15,143 bases of DNA, taken from Chlamydiota bacterium (lineage in GTDB: Bacteria > Auribacterota > Tritonobacteria > UBA1439). The notes beneath the pieces were generated by a model, which worked only from the letters and a program-made list of their open reading frames with translations, did not search any database and was not told the origin of the DNA. The DNA is taken from contig JBAXOY010000078.1 in NCBI GenBank assembly GCA_037133055.1, positions 1-15,143 on the forward strand, read 5' to 3'. Made by a program: the position numbers and the translations under genes. Shown here piece after piece: positions 8,251 to 15,143 of the stretch. Positions within the stretch are counted from its first letter, which is position 1. Each line of letters starts with the position of its first letter.

Positions 8251-8790
8251 ATGACCGGATCACGGGATGAATTCCGCGAGGCACGGGCACTCTGGAAGCG
8301 GGTGAAGGACAACGCCCCTCAAGGGGACCGCTCCGCCTGCCCGGGGCCCGGCGACCTCGCCGCCTATCTTGACGGGGCGATGCGCGGCGCGCAGCGCGGC
8401 GGGATCGAGGAGCATCTCCGTTTCTGTCCCCCCTGCGTCGAGGCGATTGCCGGGCTCCGCGTCCTGCTCCGCGCCGGCCCCTCCCCCGCGCCTTCAGCCG
8501 TCTTCGAGAGGGCGAAGGGGCTGGTGGCGGCGCCCGCCGCGGGCGAGCGGCGAATCAACGGCGTCATCGCGCTGCGCCATCTCTTCTCCCTCATGAGGAC
8601 CTCGGCGGCATGGGCGGCAGCCGCGGCGCTCATCGTCGCCGCGTGCGCCGCGGGCTTCATGATGGGGCAGGAGACGACTGCCCCCGCACAATCGGGGCAA
8701 GCCCCGGTTTCCGAACTCGGCGCGCACGCCCCCATCATTTCTGAATTCAACAGGCTGGAACAGCAGTTCCTGAAAGGCGACCCGTCATGA
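8251..8790 (+). CDS. Zinc-binding transmembrane anti-sigma factor (zf-HC2/ZAS), 179 aa
   Basis: CPGPGDLAAYLDG...EEHLRFCPPC (HxxxCxxC); TM helix WAAAAALIVAACAAGFMMG; short outer tail. Start moved to 8251 by the GGAGG RBS. Confidence 0.88.
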   Translation: MTGSRDEFREARALWKRVKDNAPQGDRSACPGPGDLAAYLDGAMRGAQRGGIEEHLRFCPPCVEAIAGLRVLLRAGPSPAPSAVFERAKGLVAAPAAGERRINGVIALRHLFSLMRTSAAWAAAAALIVAACAAGFMMGQETTAPAQSGQAPVSELGAHAPIISEFNRLEQQFLKGDPS

Positions 8791-9239
8791 ACAGGCTTTC
8801 CCGGAATCTCCTGCTCGTCGTCATGCTCGTGTCGATCGGCTTCAATATTTTTTTCATCGCCGGGTATAGGCGGGCCCGCTCAACCCTCGACAAATTGAAA
8901 ACCGACAGGGGCTATGTCCAGCTCCTCTCCCGCAGGCTCAACTTCACCCCCGAGCAGGAGACGAAGCTCGTCACGATCAGGGAAAACCTCCAGATGGATA
9001 CCGCGGCGTTCAACAAGGCCCACTCGCCTGAAATCGACGCGTTCTGGGACGAGATGGTCAAGGACAACCCGGACCCCGCGAAAATCCAGGTGTTGGAAAA
9101 AGCCCTGTCCGAGAAGCGCCAGGAGATTCGGCACCGGGTGGTCGGGCGGATCCGGGAGGCGTTCGCGTGCCTCACCCCCGCGCAGCGCCGCGACCTTGCC
9201 CGCATCATCAAGGACCGCAGTTTCCTGAAGCAGCTATAG
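8787..9239 (+). CDS. Membrane-anchored periplasmic Spy/CpxP/ZraP/CnrX-like (heavy-metal-sensor family) protein, 150 aa
   Basis: N-terminal anchor LLLVVMLVSIGFNIFFIAG; LNFTPEQ and LTPAQR (LTxxQ) motifs; NPDPAKI loop; ATGA overlap with the anti-sigma. Confidence 0.8.
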   Translation: MNRLSRNLLLVVMLVSIGFNIFFIAGYRRARSTLDKLKTDRGYVQLLSRRLNFTPEQETKLVTIRENLQMDTAAFNKAHSPEIDAFWDEMVKDNPDPAKIQVLEKALSEKRQEIRHRVVGRIREAFACLTPAQRRDLARIIKDRSFLKQL

Positions 9240-9339
9240 CCGGTCCCCCGCCCACGACCGGCCCGCCCCGGGGATGGGCCCGTCTTTAGGGAACCCCCGC
9301 GGGGTGGGGATCATCCATTCCCGATCCATACTCATCGGT

Positions 9340-9390
9340 AAAAAGCCGCCGCCGGGCCCCCCATCTTCAGGGAAACCCGGCGGCGTCGCT
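9340..9390 (-). terminator. Rho-independent terminator of the Gly/Pro-rich gene
   Basis: Minus strand has a 10-bp stem CGCCGCCGGG...CCCGGCGGCG followed by GCTTTTT, about 20 nt after the stop at 9409. Confidence 0.7.
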
Positions 9391-9408
9391 CCTGATTCAT
9401 CTCCCGCC

Positions 9409-9738
9409 TTACCACCATCTCGGCGCGTCGTAATACCCGGGATAATACACGGGCGGATTGTACACCACCACCGGCGGAGGAAGCGGCCTGTAGCCCCACC
9501 CGCCGTAGCCCGGGCCGTACCAGGGCCCCTGGTAGTTCCAGCCCCACCCGCCCGGCCTCGGCCCCGGCGGACACCCTTGGTTCCATCCCCCGTGCCTCGG
9601 CGGCCCGCCCCGTTGCCCCTGCCCCGGTCCGCCCCATCCCCCGCGTCCAGGGCCGCTTCGGCCGTCCCCGGCAGCCGCCTGCCCGGCCGCGAGCGCCAAC
9701 ACGAGCATGATGCCTGTCGCCACTGCGATCCTCTTCAT
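9409..9738 (-). CDS. Secreted low-complexity Gly/Pro/Trp/Tyr-rich small protein, 109 aa
   Basis: AAAGGAGG RBS at about 9746-9753; signal peptide MKRIAVATGIMLVLALAAGQAAA; mature part with GGWG repeats and PPPVVVYNPPVYYPGYY; terminator downstream. Confidence 0.8.
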   Translation of the reverse strand: MKRIAVATGIMLVLALAAGQAAAGDGRSGPGRGGWGGPGQGQRGGPPRHGGWNQGCPPGPRPGGWGWNYQGPWYGPGYGGWGYRPLPPPVVVYNPPVYYPGYYDAPRWW

Positions 9739-9783
9739 CCCGATCCCTCCTTTCGGTCGGTGCCATGCTGCATCTTCTACCGC

Positions 9784-9816
9784 GTTATACGGAAGAACCC
9801 CCCGCCGCATCCCCGC
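9784..9816 (-). promoter_or_regulatory. Putative ECF promoter, copy 2: GCGGGGATG-N16-CGTATAAC
   Basis: Reverse complement reads GCGGGGATG CGGCGGGGGGTTCTTC CGTATAAC, 45 nt before ATG 9738. Confidence 0.75.
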
Positions 9817-11330
9817 TAAAAATCACCCCTCGCACGGTTCCCGACACGGGTGCGGGAGGCAAGGAGGAAGCCGGCGAGCATGATCGTGAGGGTGCCGGCG
9901 ACGGGAACGAGGAACTGGTTGAAGGGGCAGCGGAGCGCAGCGGGGCACCAATCCGCCTTCGGCGTGAGCGTCATCCAGGCGATCATGAACACGCCCGCAA
10001 GGACGCCGCCCGCCGCGGCGCGGCTCCCGACGCGCGTCCCCGTGTAGCCGAGGAGGAACAGGCCGAGCATCCCTCCCCCGAAAATCCCCGAAAGGGTCCA
10101 CCATGCGTCGAGGGCGCTCTTAATGTGGATCATTCCCAGCGCGAAGCCGACGCCCACGCACCCCCAGAGGAGCGTCCCGGCGTAGAGGACCGCCATCGAC
10201 TCGCGCTCGCCCGCCTGCGGGCGGAGAAATCGACGGTAGAGGTCGCAGAGGGTGAGCGTCGCGCAGCAGTTGAGGCTCGACGAGATGGTGCTCATCGCCG
10301 CCGCGAAGATCGCCGCGATGAGGAGCCCGGCCATCCCGGGCGGCAGGGCGTGCACGATGTAGTACGGGAAGACGTTGTCACCGCCGCCCGCAGCGACCTC
10401 CGCCCTGATCTCCGGGGAGAATGCCTCGGGGCGCGCCATGTAATAGGCGAAGAGCGCCGTGCCGATGAAAAAGAAGAACGCCGAGACCGGGATGTAGAGG
10501 AGCGCGCTCATCCAGACGGACCGTTTCGCGCCTCCCTCCGAGCGTGCCGCGAGATACTTCTGGACATAGCTCTGGTCGATGCCGAAGTTCTGGAGGTTCA
10601 TGAAAAGGCCGTAGAGAAGGACGACCCAGAAGGTCGCCGCCGAGAGGCTCGCCCCGAAACTCCCGAGGCTGAACTTCCCGTGCGCCGCGGCGATCCGGAA
10701 GACCTGGCCCGGCCCCTCCGGCATTCCGAGCGGGATGCTCACCACGCACGCGAGCGCCCCGGCGATCAGGACGATGCTCTGGACGACGTCCGTGTAAATG
10801 ACCCCCTCGATCCCGCCGAGGAGCGTGTAGAGCGTTACGAGGCCGCCCGTCATGAGGATGGTGAGGCGCGTGTCCCAGCCGAGGAGATGGTTCAGGGGCA
10901 GGGCGAGGAGATACATGATCGATCCCGTACGCGCCATCTGCGTCAGGAGATAGCAGGCGACCGCGTACATCCGCGCCCAGGTCCCGAAGCGGCGCTCGAG
11001 ATGGGAATATGCGGAGATGTCGCCGCAGCGGCGGAAGAACGGGACGAAGTAGCGGGAGCCGGCCCACGCGGCGAGCGGGAGCGCGAGGCTGAAGACGAAC
11101 GGGTTCCAGTTCCCGGAGAACGCCTTCCCCGGGAGCGCGAGGAACGAGATGCTGCTCACGTAGGTGCCGAAGATGGAGAGCCCTACGGCCCACGCGGGGA
11201 TCGACCCGCCCGCCTTCATGAAGGCGTCGGAGGCGCGGCTCTTTCGGAGGAACCAGCAGCCGAAGGCGACCGTGCCGATCATGTAGGCGGCGAGCACGAC
11301 GATGTCGAGGAGCGGGAGGCGATACTGCAT
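9816..11330 (-). CDS. Sodium:solute symporter (SSS/SLC5, NIS/SiaT-like), 504 aa
   Basis: [50 protein letters not shown] and [20 protein letters not shown]. Start at ATG 11330 with GAGGG RBS, 8 nt after the upstream stop. Confidence 0.93.
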   Translation of the reverse strand: MQYRLPLLDIVVLAAYMIGTVAFGCWFLRKSRASDAFMKAGGSIPAWAVGLSIFGTYVSSISFLALPGKAFSGNWNPFVFSLALPLAAWAGSRYFVPFFRRCGDISAYSHLERRFGTWARMYAVACYLLTQMARTGSIMYLLALPLNHLLGWDTRLTILMTGGLVTLYTLLGGIEGVIYTDVVQSIVLIAGALACVVSIPLGMPEGPGQVFRIAAAHGKFSLGSFGASLSAATFWVVLLYGLFMNLQNFGIDQSYVQKYLAARSEGGAKRSVWMSALLYIPVSAFFFFIGTALFAYYMARPEAFSPEIRAEVAAGGGDNVFPYYIVHALPPGMAGLLIAAIFAAAMSTISSSLNCCATLTLCDLYRRFLRPQAGERESMAVLYAGTLLWGCVGVGFALGMIHIKSALDAWWTLSGIFGGGMLGLFLLGYTGTRVGSRAAAGGVLAGVFMIAWMTLTPKADWCPAALRCPFNQFLVPVAGTLTIMLAGFLLASRTRVGNRARGDF

Positions 11331-11338
11331 CTGGTCCC

Positions 11339-12637
11339 TCAGTCGTGAGGCCACATGAATTCGTCGAACACCGTCAGTACCGGCCAGCCCGTGACGCGAA
11401 GCCCCTGATACGGGGAGAAATCGCACCGCATGTGCAATGCGGCGTGGTCGATCGTCCGCGATGTTCCGGGATCATAGACGAAGAAGTCCGCCCTCTTCCC
11501 CTCCTCGATCCCCGTCCGCGGGGGAAGACCGAAGATCCCCGCGGCGTTCCCCGCCGAGAGCGCCGAGAGCTTCTCGTACGAGAGCCCCCGTTTCCTCCCC
11601 TCGCCGAAGAGGAGAGGCACCATCGTCTCGACGCCGGGGATGCCGAACGGGAGGCGGGTGTAATCCCCGCCCCACGTCTCCTTCTGGCCCTGCATGAACG
11701 GGCAGTGGTCGGTCGCGACCGTGTCTATCGACCCGTCCGCGAGCCCTCCCCAGAGCGCCTCGCGGTCCTCGTCCTTCCTGAACGGAGGGCAGCAGGTCGA
11801 GCAGAATCCGTCCGGCTCCGCGTATTTCGCCTCCGTGAGGAACAGGTACTGCGGGCACGTCTCGGCGTGAATGCGAGCGCCCGCCTTCCGGTGCCTCCGC
11901 ACCGCATCGAGCCCCGCAGCGCTGGAAAGATGGACGATATAGATTTGCGTTCGATATTTCGCCGCGAGCGACATGACGAAATCGATCGCGTGCGCCTCGC
12001 ACTCCGGCGGGCGGCTTCCGGGATACTGCGCGAGCGCGGTCTTCCCCTCCGCGACGAGGCGTGCCTGCGCCTTTGCGATCGAGGGGCCGTCCTCGGCGTG
12101 CACCATGAGGACGCAGTCCCGCTCCGCCGAGAAGCGGCAGATCCGGTCAAGGAGAGTACGGCCGACGGAGGCATCGTTCATGTGCACTTTGAACGAGCGG
12201 ACCCCCTCTGCGACACACTCCTCCATCTGCGCATCGAGGTCCGGAGGGTTCTCGGAGACCGCCACGTGGAGGAAGAAATCAGTCCGGCACCGCCCCTGCG
12301 CCGCCTCTCGCCTCGCACAAAGCGCGTGAATGAGCCGCTCACCCTTCTCCGGGTAGGCGAAATCGCCGAGCGTCGTGATGCCGCCCATGAGCGCCGCGCG
12401 CGAGCCGCTCTCGAAATCGTCGGAAGAGACCTTCCCGCTGACGGTAAGGAGCTCCACGTGCACGTGCGGGTCGATCGCCCCCGTGAGAATGACCTTCCCC
12501 GTCCCGTCCACCACCCGCGCCGCGCCCGTCTCCCCCACCCCGCCGACACGGACGACCTTCCCGCGATCGAGGGCCACGTCCGCCCGCTCGATCCCCCGCG
12601 GCGTCAGCACCTCGGCTCCCCTGATGACGAGATCCAT
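11339..12637 (-). CDS. hydA: Dihydropyrimidinase / D-hydantoinase (cyclic amidohydrolase), 432 aa (alternative TTG start at 12649)
   Basis: [19 protein letters not shown] (carbamylated Lys), VHAED, YIVHLS, ETCPQYL, PPFR, ATDHCPF and DFSPYQG motifs. Confidence 0.88.
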   Translation of the reverse strand: MDLVIRGAEVLTPRGIERADVALDRGKVVRVGGVGETGAARVVDGTGKVILTGAIDPHVHVELLTVSGKVSSDDFESGSRAALMGGITTLGDFAYPEKGERLIHALCARREAAQGRCRTDFFLHVAVSENPPDLDAQMEECVAEGVRSFKVHMNDASVGRTLLDRICRFSAERDCVLMVHAEDGPSIAKAQARLVAEGKTALAQYPGSRPPECEAHAIDFVMSLAAKYRTQIYIVHLSSAAGLDAVRRHRKAGARIHAETCPQYLFLTEAKYAEPDGFCSTCCPPFRKDEDREALWGGLADGSIDTVATDHCPFMQGQKETWGGDYTRLPFGIPGVETMVPLLFGEGRKRGLSYEKLSALSAGNAAGIFGLPPRTGIEEGKRADFFVYDPGTSRTIDHAALHMRCDFSPYQGLRVTGWPVLTVFDEFMWPHD

Positions 12638-12810
12638 TGGAATCTTCAACTCCTGATATCTTTTCGACTTCCGCTCCCCCCGAGCGAGAAATCTACCTGC
12701 TCTCCCCTCCTCCTGAAGGGGCGGGGGGTGGCACGTTGCATCTCCCGTTCACTCACATCCCCGGAAGCATTATGCAGAATAGCCCTCCCGATTTCAGCAT
12801 ATTTCGCCTG

Positions 12811-12840
12811 ATCGTGGTGTGATAATCGTGGTGTGATAAT
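12811..12840. repeat. 14-bp perfect tandem repeat ATCGTGGTGTGATA x2 (plus AT)
   Basis: Copies at 12811-12824 and 12825-12838 in the divergent intergenic region. Confidence 0.9.
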
Positions 12841-12894
12841 GATTGTTCCACCATACGCCATCATATAAGATTTGTAACTGATCAGGATCCGGAA

Positions 12895-12921
12895 TTCAGG
12901 AGTCAGAAGTCAGGAGTTGGA
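12895..12921 (+). repeat. Degenerate heptamer tandem repeat (TTCAGGA GTCAGAA GTCAGGA GTTGGA)
   Basis: Three to four imperfect copies with 7-bp period. Confidence 0.5.
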
Positions 12922-12927
12922 ATAAGG

Positions 12928-13122
12928 GCGCTCGCAGCGACATTTGAGGACCTGGGACACGGCGAGGTCTCCGACGTTTTCAACAATGGAACGTTCGAGA
13001 GAACACCAGAGGAAGGGTTTGAAACATCAGCAGTGAATTTGCAGGGCTGCAGTCAGAAGGAAAAGTCGAACGGGCAAATGCAGCCGACGCCGAGGACGGC
13101 GGAATTGAGCGGACCCTCATGA
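12928..13122 (+). pseudogene. Possible 3' remnant of an integron-cassette ORF running into a half attC-like site
   Basis: Stop-free frame 12826-13122 with no early start codon; it ends SNGQMQPTPRTA across GTCGAAC-GGGC-AAATGCAGCCG-A-CGCCG-AGGA-CGGCG. Confidence 0.35.
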
Positions 13123-13251
13123 CGTGTCGCGCCTGGCGGCGCGAAGGAGTCATTCGAGCGGGGCCTTCTGCGGGGCTGCCGCCTTGCCGGCGCTGGACAT
13201 TTCTGCGCGCCGCCGGAGATTCCAACCGCACGACCACAGGAAACAAAACCA

Positions 13252-13800
13252 ATGAAAAACACCGCCTCGATTCTCATAGCCGTCGCCCTTTCGCTTCGCC
13301 TCGCCTCGGCCTTCGCTGAAGAGCCTAAAGACAAGAAACCGGCGACCGAGAAATCGGCTGCGAAAACGTCTGCAGCAGCCAACGCGACCGGGGGAGAGTC
13401 TATGCGCATCACCGCATCTGCCGTGTCGCTCACCGTGGACGATGTCGTCGCGTCCCGGGATTTCCTTATCACGCACTTCGGCTTCCACGTGAACATGGCT
13501 GACGAACAGAGCACCTTCGTTTCGTTGGGACGCAAGGACAGCGCCATGACGGTCATCTTCCTGCGTCGCGGGAACAAGGTGCTGCCCGAGGGTTTCCGCG
13601 ACCAGCGTGCGACCGGGCTCATCCTCGCATTCACCGTCAAGGGACTGGCATCCGAAGAGCGCCGACTTCGGGAGGAGGGCGTGACCATCACGATGCCCTT
13701 GCGCGAGGAGCCGTGGGGTGAACGGCTCTTTCAGGTGACCGACCCCAACGGGATTCTTATTGAGTTGGTCGAGTGGATTGCACCCAAAGGCAGCAAATGA
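13252..13800 (+). CDS. VOC/glyoxalase family protein with N-terminal signal peptide and Lys/Ala linker (alternative start 13402)
   Basis: SLTVDDVVASRDFLITHFGF, LILAFTV and EEPWGERLFQVTDPNGILIELVEW motifs. Confidence 0.9.
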   Translation: MKNTASILIAVALSLRLASAFAEEPKDKKPATEKSAAKTSAAANATGGESMRITASAVSLTVDDVVASRDFLITHFGFHVNMADEQSTFVSLGRKDSAMTVIFLRRGNKVLPEGFRDQRATGLILAFTVKGLASEERRLREEGVTITMPLREEPWGERLFQVTDPNGILIELVEWIAPKGSK

Positions 13801-13986
13801 GCGCACGATTCATGCAACCGTCTGAGGACTGGAAGGAGAGGGGGGGATTCCAACCGGTTTCCCATCGCATGATCGAGTTCTCGTTCACCCCGAATGCGCT
13901 CCCCGAGCGTCCGGTCGGGATAGAGTGAACAGGAAACGACGATGCCGGATGGCCTGCGGTATATATATGGACCGGATAAAGACATA

Positions 13987-15141
13987 CTACCAGATGGTCA
14001 GAAGCCGTCGCAGCAGGCTCCTGCCCGCATCCCGCACCGTGATCGTCTTCTTGCCAAGGAAGATCACGTACTGAGTCGTCGGCGTCAACTCGGAGAGCGA
14101 CCCCACCGGCGGCAGTTTTCCCGCGTCCACCAGCACCACGTACAGCGTCGTCGTACCCTTGATCGACGCCGGCACGTTCAGCCCGTCCAGGATCGTCGCC
14201 TTGAACGGCGCCCCTAGACTCTTCACGTTCCGCACCGCAGGTGTTATCCCCGGCAGGATCATCCCGTTCAGAAAAATGCTATAGATCCCGATCGGCGTAT
14301 CCGCCAGGATATACGCGTCGAAGGGCGTCGTCACCGGCTTGCTGATCACCACCTCCACCGTCAGCGGTTCCCCCGGGTTCAGATCGTCGTCGGGCACCAC
14401 GATGTCCACAACCGGCGTCGGCGTTGGGACAATAAATGGCGTAATCACGATGGTCGGTGTCTGAGTAGGCGTTTCAGTCGGTGCCGGAGCCGTAGGTGTA
14501 GGTGTCGACGTAGGAGACATCTCGGTCGGCGTCTCGGTCGGAGTCTGAGTCGGTGTCGGCGAGGGCGTTATCGTCGGGGTTTCCGTCGGCGGTACCGGAG
14601 TCTCGGTTGGCGTTTCAGTCGGAGACATCGTCGGCGTTTCCGTCGGCGGTACCGGAGTCTCGGTCGGCGTTTCAGTCGGCGCCGGAGCCGTAGGCGTAGG
14701 TGTCGACGTAGGAGACATCTGGGTTGGCGTCTTGGTGGGTGTCGGCGTGGGCGTTATCGTCGGCGTGCTCGTCGGCGGGACCGGCGTCCCGGTAGGTGTC
14801 GACGTAGGAGACATCTGAGTCGGCGTTTCCGTCGGCAGTGCCGGAGTCTCGGTTGGCGTTTCTGTCGGAGACATCGTCGGCGTTTCCGTCGGCGGTACCG
14901 GAGTCTCGGTTGGCGTTTCAGTCGGAGACATCTGGGTCGGCGTCTGAGTCGGCGTTTCCGTCGGCGGTGCCGGAGTCTCGGTTGGGGTTTCAGTCGGCGC
15001 CGGAGCCGTAGGCGTAGGTGTCGACGTAGGAGACATCTCGGTCGGCGTCTTGGTGGGTATCGCTGTCGGCGGCACCGGTGTCAGCGTCGGTGTCGCTGTC
15101 GGCGGCACAGGGGTCAGCGTCGGCGTCTTGGTGGGTGCCGG
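13987..15141 (-). CDS. Partial (5'-truncated by the window) Pro/Thr-repeat surface protein with C-terminal beta-rich domain
   Basis: Frame is open to the window edge ([12 protein letters not shown]...); about 240 aa of PT/ETPT repeats, then a domain of about 125 aa ([17 protein letters not shown]...[10 protein letters not shown]...YVI). Confidence 0.88.
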   Translation of the reverse strand, partial: PAPTKTPTLTPVPPTATPTLTPVPPTAIPTKTPTEMSPTSTPTPTAPAPTETPTETPAPPTETPTQTPTQMSPTETPTETPVPPTETPTMSPTETPTETPALPTETPTQMSPTSTPTGTPVPPTSTPTITPTPTPTKTPTQMSPTSTPTPTAPAPTETPTETPVPPTETPTMSPTETPTETPVPPTETPTITPSPTPTQTPTETPTEMSPTSTPTPTAPAPTETPTQTPTIVITPFIVPTPTPVVDIVVPDDDLNPGEPLTVEVVISKPVTTPFDAYILADTPIGIYSIFLNGMILPGITPAVRNVKSLGAPFKATILDGLNVPASIKGTTTLYVVLVDAGKLPPVGSLSELTPTTQYVIFLGKKTITVRDAGRSLLRRLLTIW

Positions 15142-15143
15142 AG
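14410..15143 (-). repeat. Mosaic intragenic repeat array encoding PTETPT / [19 protein letters not shown] / [19 protein letters not shown] units
   Basis: Near-exact DNA blocks recur, e.g. gccggagccgtaggcgtaggtgtcgacgtaggagacatct near 14483 (one mismatch), 14681 and 15000, plus units of about 57 bp. Confidence 0.9.

Noticed and set aside
9240..9310. GC hairpins after the Spy-like gene as a terminator
   Set aside because: Short imperfect stems without a convincing U-tract; expected by chance at this GC content.
9274..9819. ORFs 9274-9819 (+) and 9332-9766 (-)
   Set aside because: The 9409-9738 frame has the RBS, signal peptide and terminator; the other frames run through the terminator.
11636..11666. 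Other GGGGATG occurrences (here, and near 2370, 3305, 9270 and 12757)
   Set aside because: None has CGTATAAC at 16-nt spacing. This one gives TGTAAT and is antisense inside hydA.
9765..12811. Plus-strand ORFs of 527 and 488 aa that appear coupled
   Set aside because: Mirror images of the SSS and hydA genes, which carry the real family motifs.
12835..12853. Fur-box-like GATAATGAT
   Set aside because: Only about 10/19 match to the consensus and the right half is missing.
12646..12864. 72-aa ORF upstream of hydA (possible leader)
   Set aside because: No RBS or recognisable motif; it spans the tandem repeat and the probable promoter region.
14410..15143. Repeat array as possible CRISPR
   Set aside because: Repeats are in-frame coding units with synonymous variation and no unique spacers; no cas genes are present.

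Overview
High-GC bacterial window, probably from a diderm lineage (the C-terminal domain of the last ORF recalls Ca. Aureabacteria-type secreted proteins; tentative, from memory). On the minus strand is an envelope cluster: a large secreted TPR/helical-repeat protein, a TonB/TolA-like SxxxH-anchored protein, ExbB/TolQ and ExbD/TolR, all four coupled by ATGA overlaps, followed by a GT39/ArnT-PMT glycosyltransferase and a small BamE/SmpA-like lipoprotein. Divergent from it is an ECF sigma / zinc-finger anti-sigma / Spy-CpxP-CnrX-like module. Converging on that module are a secreted Gly/Pro/Trp/Tyr-rich small protein, an SSS symporter and a dihydropyrimidinase. The window ends with a patchwork intergenic region, a signal-peptide-fused VOC protein and a partial Pro/Thr-repeat protein. 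The best new observation is a bipartite motif, GCGGGGATG-N16-CGTATAAC, found twice with identical conserved boxes: inside the 3' end of the ECF gene (upstream of the anti-sigma) and upstream of the Gly/Pro-rich gene. It is a likely promoter and mini-regulon of this ECF.
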